Assembly: GCA_963668025.2 (NCBI GenBank)
Contig: CAXXTH010000009.1
Location: forward strand, 96,001-160,000
From: Candidatus Hydrogenedentota bacterium
GTDB lineage: Bacteria > Hydrogenedentota > Hydrogenedentia > Hydrogenedentales > SLHB01
Direction of reading: 5' to 3'
Length of the DNA: 64,000 nucleotides
Shown: positions 60,238-64,000 of the stretch, one piece after another
Position numbering within the stretch: the stretch's first letter is position 1
How the letters are laid out: the number at the start of each line of letters is the position of its first letter
Program-made: the position numbers and the translations under genes
Notes under the pieces: generated by a model
Told to the model about the DNA's origin: nothing
Database searches by the model: none
The model's input: the letters and a program-made list of their open reading frames with translations, nothing else

Positions 60238-61299
60238 TCAAGATTCTTCGATACCCGTTTCCTGCCGGCTAAGATCAATCAAACTGAAACCTTCGATATA
60301 AAGAGAATAAAAACCTATCACCACGACCACAAGGACGTTCGACAAATGTGTCACCACCGCCACGGCGGATGCTTGAGAAAAATTGATCGTGGGGATCAAC
60401 ATCGTTAAGCATGCGACCATAGCCACATGGTATTGGCCGATGAATCCTGGCGTACCAGGCACACTAATGACAATGGCCAGCACGGCTTGTATCACAAAAG
60501 GAGCATACCATGGCCAGTCCAAATCAAAGGCCTCCAGAAAACACACAAAATCTATCAAGAATACCGCCCATAGAAAAAGACTAACCACTATAGATGCTAT
60601 CATGGCGCCGCCCGAACGAAAGACGGACAAGCCCTGGGCAAATTGTTCGAGCAGATGATGGGACCAATGCGCCAGGCGTTTGGATACAACTCCCACGATG
60701 GCGTCATTCAGTCGTAATGCAAGCCTCTGATTGAGAAACAACAACACGAGAACGGCCACCACTCCAAAGAAAAAAACCGACGAGCCGATGGCCCCTGAGC
60801 GCATGAGCGAGGCTGTGACGATGATATCATCTTCCCGCCCGAATGTTTGGCCCGGAATGCATATATTATGGTCGGGCCTGAACGCGAGCAGCGCAACCGC
60901 CATGGTTCCCATAAGGCCGAAAAGATCCGTTACGCGATCCAGTGTGACTAGCGCAAAACCTTGGCTGATGGAGGCTTTGCTCCGCTTCGCAAGCACGACG
61001 GCACGGATGAACTCGCCGATGCGGGCGGGCAATACGAAATTCGCCAGGAAGCCGATCTGGGTTGCATTGAATAAGGTGCGGAAAGAAACTTCAGGATCCA
61101 CGGGGCGCACGATATACGTCCACCGCCACACCCGGATAAACATACTCACCACGAGCAGCAAGATAGCGACAATGAACCATCCCATCCGCATTTGTTGCAA
61201 GGCTGCAAAAAAATCATGCCAATTGGTGCCGCGAAACAAGAACCAAAGAAGCCCTATGCCTACTGCCAGCCCAACACAGAGTTGGATTATCCGTTTCAA
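60238..61299 (-). CDS. Lysylphosphatidylglycerol synthase TM/flippase-like (UPF0104) protein
   Basis: R.WRW, N.VLPARIGE..R, DR..D, PGTPGFIG. Confidence 0.85.
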   Translation of the reverse strand: MKRIIQLCVGLAVGIGLLWFLFRGTNWHDFFAALQQMRMGWFIVAILLLVVSMFIRVWRWTYIVRPVDPEVSFRTLFNATQIGFLANFVLPARIGEFIRAVVLAKRSKASISQGFALVTLDRVTDLFGLMGTMAVALLAFRPDHNICIPGQTFGREDDIIVTASLMRSGAIGSSVFFFGVVAVLVLLFLNQRLALRLNDAIVGVVSKRLAHWSHHLLEQFAQGLSVFRSGGAMIASIVVSLFLWAVFLIDFVCFLEAFDLDWPWYAPFVIQAVLAIVISVPGTPGFIGQYHVAMVACLTMLIPTINFSQASAVAVVTHLSNVLVVVVIGFYSLYIEGFSLIDLSRQETGIEES

Positions 61300-61376
61300 T
61301 CTGTATCTCCTTGCCGTGAAGGCGCAACTATAGCATTACGTGGAAGAAGGCGGCAAATGAGGCCACTGCAAATGGG

Positions 61377-61874
61377 TTAGGAGCCGCTATACCGGTTTTT
61401 AGGGGCGAACCGAGAACCGCGCGTGAGGCGGCGCTTGGTATTCAACGAAGACACCACATTTAGATCGCCCATTTGCACGGATGGGGCCAGATAATGTTCG
61501 AGCGCCTCTTGTGTTTTTACGGCCATGTCTTCGGCGGCTATGCCAAAAGCCTGGTTCAAGATCATGCGGCAAACGAGGCAGTAATCCGAACCGGTTTGCG
61601 CGAGTTCCTTCCGGCATTTTTTACACTTTTGACGCGTATCCACCTGGCGCTTGAGGAAGGAAGTCTGGCGGATGATCTCGTTCACTTCATCCACGGGGAG
61701 CCCCGCGAAAGCGGCGATATCTTCCGGCTCCTTCATGCTCCAACGCTCGACGGCCTCTTCAATGAGCTGGAGGCTGTCCATGCGGCGTTCTGAACAAGTG
61801 GAGCATTCCCGTTTGCCTTTTTCAACGGCAAACAATTTGCCGCATTTGGGGCATTTTTTAAGTTTGGCAAGCAT
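61377..61874 (-). CDS. Cys-rich hypothetical protein (YvyF-like double zinc finger)
   Basis: CPKCGKLF..CSTC, HTH-like middle segment, CKKC..CLVC. Confidence 0.65.
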   Translation of the reverse strand: MLAKLKKCPKCGKLFAVEKGKRECSTCSERRMDSLQLIEEAVERWSMKEPEDIAAFAGLPVDEVNEIIRQTSFLKRQVDTRQKCKKCRKELAQTGSDYCLVCRMILNQAFGIAAEDMAVKTQEALEHYLAPSVQMGDLNVVSSLNTKRRLTRGSRFAPKNRYSGS

Positions 61875-62466
61875 GTTGCTTAACTTCCTCAATCAAACGA
61901 TTTACTTGCATCCGCAAACGTTCAAGCGTGCCGCTGTTATCGAGCACCCAATCGGCAATCGCCAGTTTGCGCTCAGGCGGAGCTTGCGACTTCATGCGCT
62001 GCAATGCATCTTGACGCGATATGCCGCGCCCTTCAGCGAGCCGCTGCAACCGTGTCTCTATTGGACAGTCTACCACAATCAGGCCGTCAAGAAACGCGGT
62101 TTTTTTACCATCTTCGGCGATAAGGGCGGCGTCAATGAGTGCGAATGCATGCCCCTGCCGTTCAAGCTTGGCGCAGCGCTGGGCGATTTCATCGCTGATG
62201 AGGGGGTGGACAATGGCATTCAAGCGCAGCCGGGCGGATTCATCGGAAAACACCAGCGCTCCGAGTTTTGTGCGGTCGATGGCTCCGTTGCTCAGAATGC
62301 GTTCACCAAAGGCCGCCGACACGGCCTCAACTGCTTTTCCACCTGGCGCGATGAGCTCGTGGCCTATCAAGTCCGCATGGATGACCGGCACGCCTTGTTC
62401 AATGAAATAGCGGGCGGCTTCCGTTTTGCCGCTGCCCATGGCTCCCGTGAGGCCGTACACCCGCAT
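61858..62466 (-). CDS. coaE: Dephospho-CoA kinase
   Basis: GLTGAMGSGKT, IDRTKLG..VF, LNAIVHP, R..SQ. Confidence 0.95.
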   Translation of the reverse strand: MRVYGLTGAMGSGKTEAARYFIEQGVPVIHADLIGHELIAPGGKAVEAVSAAFGERILSNGAIDRTKLGALVFSDESARLRLNAIVHPLISDEIAQRCAKLERQGHAFALIDAALIAEDGKKTAFLDGLIVVDCPIETRLQRLAEGRGISRQDALQRMKSQAPPERKLAIADWVLDNSGTLERLRMQVNRLIEEVKQHACQT

Positions 62467-62715
62467 GCGGCTTATCGAAGAACCTGGATCATGTAGCTTG
62501 TTTTTTGGTATAAGCAAGGTTGCTCCATTTCTGGATATATCCATTGGCGAACGGATATATCCTACACCGGCGCAAGGAGCGGCGGTCAAGTGAGCGAAAC
62601 CAAATTCGTTTACATAGGGTCTAAGAAACATCAAGGGCTTGCAATCGCCACAAACCGGTGCGGGAGTTTTGCTGGAAATTTCAAGGCGCCCGTTCCAGAG
62701 CATATCGGAGAGGCC

Positions 62716-64000
62716 ATGCATAAAGCGTTCTATGTATTAGGATTAGCGGCAATGCTTTTGCCGCTTTGCGCCTGCGGCATCGTGGAAAAAGCCAAAACGG
62801 AAAAAGCGAAATCCGCGAAAGAAACAGAAGAAAAAGAAGAACGCATTATCGTTCCCGTCGAGGCGCAGAAACCGCATCGGGGGCCTGTTTCATCCTATTT
62901 CGAGACCACAACCCGTGTGGAAGCGGAGCGGCGGGTGAATGTGAACTCGGAAGGCACCGGGCGCTGCCTCACTGTTCATGCCGATGAAGGCGATAAAGTG
63001 AACAAGGGTGATCTTCTTGCTGAGTTGGACAAGACGGATATCCAAACGCAGTTGCAGCAAACCGAAGTAAAAGTCCGCCAGACGAAAGTTGATCTAGATC
63101 GATCGAAAGAAATGCTGGCTTCCGGGCTTATTGCGTCAGTGGAATATGATAACGCTCGGTTTGCATATGAAAGTGCATTGGCAAGTTTGGATGTACAGCG
63201 GGTGCAACTGAATAACCTGTCGATTCAGGCTCCCATCAGCGGCGTGGTGACAAAGCGCATCGCGCAAGTCGGAATGCTGGTGTCCGCTGGTGCGCCAGTC
63301 TTCGAGATTGTGGATCCTTCTTCTTACATATTGAACATTAATCCGCCAGAAAAGGAGCTGCCGCGCCTCCAGCTTGATCAGAAGGCGAAGGTCACGGTGG
63401 ATTCGATTGCGGGAGAAGAATTTGCCGCTTCCGTAACTCGCATCAATCCAAGCGTGGATGCCACGAGCGGCACGGTGAAAGTCCGGCTGGAAATGGATGC
63501 GGCGACAAAGGCCAAGATGCGTGAATCGGCGTTCGCACGTGTCCGTCTCCTCATGGAGACGCATAAGGACGCGCTGCTGATCCCCAAGGATGCGGTGATT
63601 GAAGAGAATGCGCGGTATCATGTCTTTATAGTCGCGGATGAGAAATCCGTTGAATCTACGGATGAAGCCCAAGCAACGTCAGCGCAGGATGATGCTCTGG
63701 CCGAAACGGCGGCGGAGCCGAGCACATCCGCTGCCCCCGATACACCCCAGCCACTAGCAGAAAATATGAAATACGCCCGCCGCGTCGAAGTCGAAGTAGG
63801 CCTGTCAGACAGCGATTTCACGGAGATTCTATCGGGCCTGGACGATCAATCGTTGGTGATCACCTTGGGGCAGAAGAGTTTAAAACAAGATACGGAAATC
63901 AAGGTGACCACATCCAAAGAAGAGCTGCAAGCATTTTCGACCATTTCCACAGAAGACGCACTAGGCGCAGCCAAAGAGAAGCAGGAAGAACTCAAGAAAA
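62716..64000 (+). CDS. RND efflux periplasmic adaptor lipoprotein (runs off the window; not in the ORF track)
   Basis: MHKAFYVLGLAAMLLPLCAC lipobox; EGDKVNKGDLLAELD, APISGVV, RINPSVD..SGT, IPKDAV, VEVGLSD. Confidence 0.88.
   Translation, partial: MHKAFYVLGLAAMLLPLCACGIVEKAKTEKAKSAKETEEKEERIIVPVEAQKPHRGPVSSYFETTTRVEAERRVNVNSEGTGRCLTVHADEGDKVNKGDLLAELDKTDIQTQLQQTEVKVRQTKVDLDRSKEMLASGLIASVEYDNARFAYESALASLDVQRVQLNNLSIQAPISGVVTKRIAQVGMLVSAGAPVFEIVDPSSYILNINPPEKELPRLQLDQKAKVTVDSIAGEEFAASVTRINPSVDATSGTVKVRLEMDAATKAKMRESAFARVRLLMETHKDALLIPKDAVIEENARYHVFIVADEKSVESTDEAQATSAQDDALAETAAEPSTSAAPDTPQPLAENMKYARRVEVEVGLSDSDFTEILSGLDDQSLVITLGQKSLKQDTEIKVTTSKEELQAFSTISTEDALGAAKEKQEELKK

Noticed and set aside
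10-63821. Many antisense or overlapping ORFs of 60-320 aa in the track
   Set aside because: Shadow frames of GC-rich genes with no motifs.

Overview
Moderately GC-rich bacterial chromosomal window. The 'GCP' lipoprotein signal and gene repertoire suggest Ca. Hydrogenedentota or a PVC-like organism, but this is inference only. In order it contains: an ECF ATPase; a miaB-pepA-mtaB-larE operon; a multi-PAS SpoIIE/RsbW fusion sensor with a STAS partner; a 6.4-kb nest of four IS elements (IS1182, IS50-like IS4, and an ISAs1 that carries a passenger gene and is interrupted by an intact IS4); pntAA/AB/B; aroA, gntP and a serine hydrolase, each with a lesion; an LRR lipoprotein; orphan sdhB; tRNA-Ser; an uncalled 50-aa ORF; orphan flgK; MFS, methyltransferase and AraC genes; a glycyl radical enzyme (GRE) with a twin-arginine (Tat) signal peptide plus its activase; a GH36 enzyme; a 13-gene LacI-associated sugar/sugar-acid catabolic cluster; cysK; a decayed island next to tRNA-Arg; a pseudo-M1 peptidase; pilT, a flippase-like gene, coaE and a partial RND adaptor. 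The strongest novelty candidate is the apparently Tat-exported GRE (32975-36170), followed by the unassigned catabolic pathway (39237-51016).
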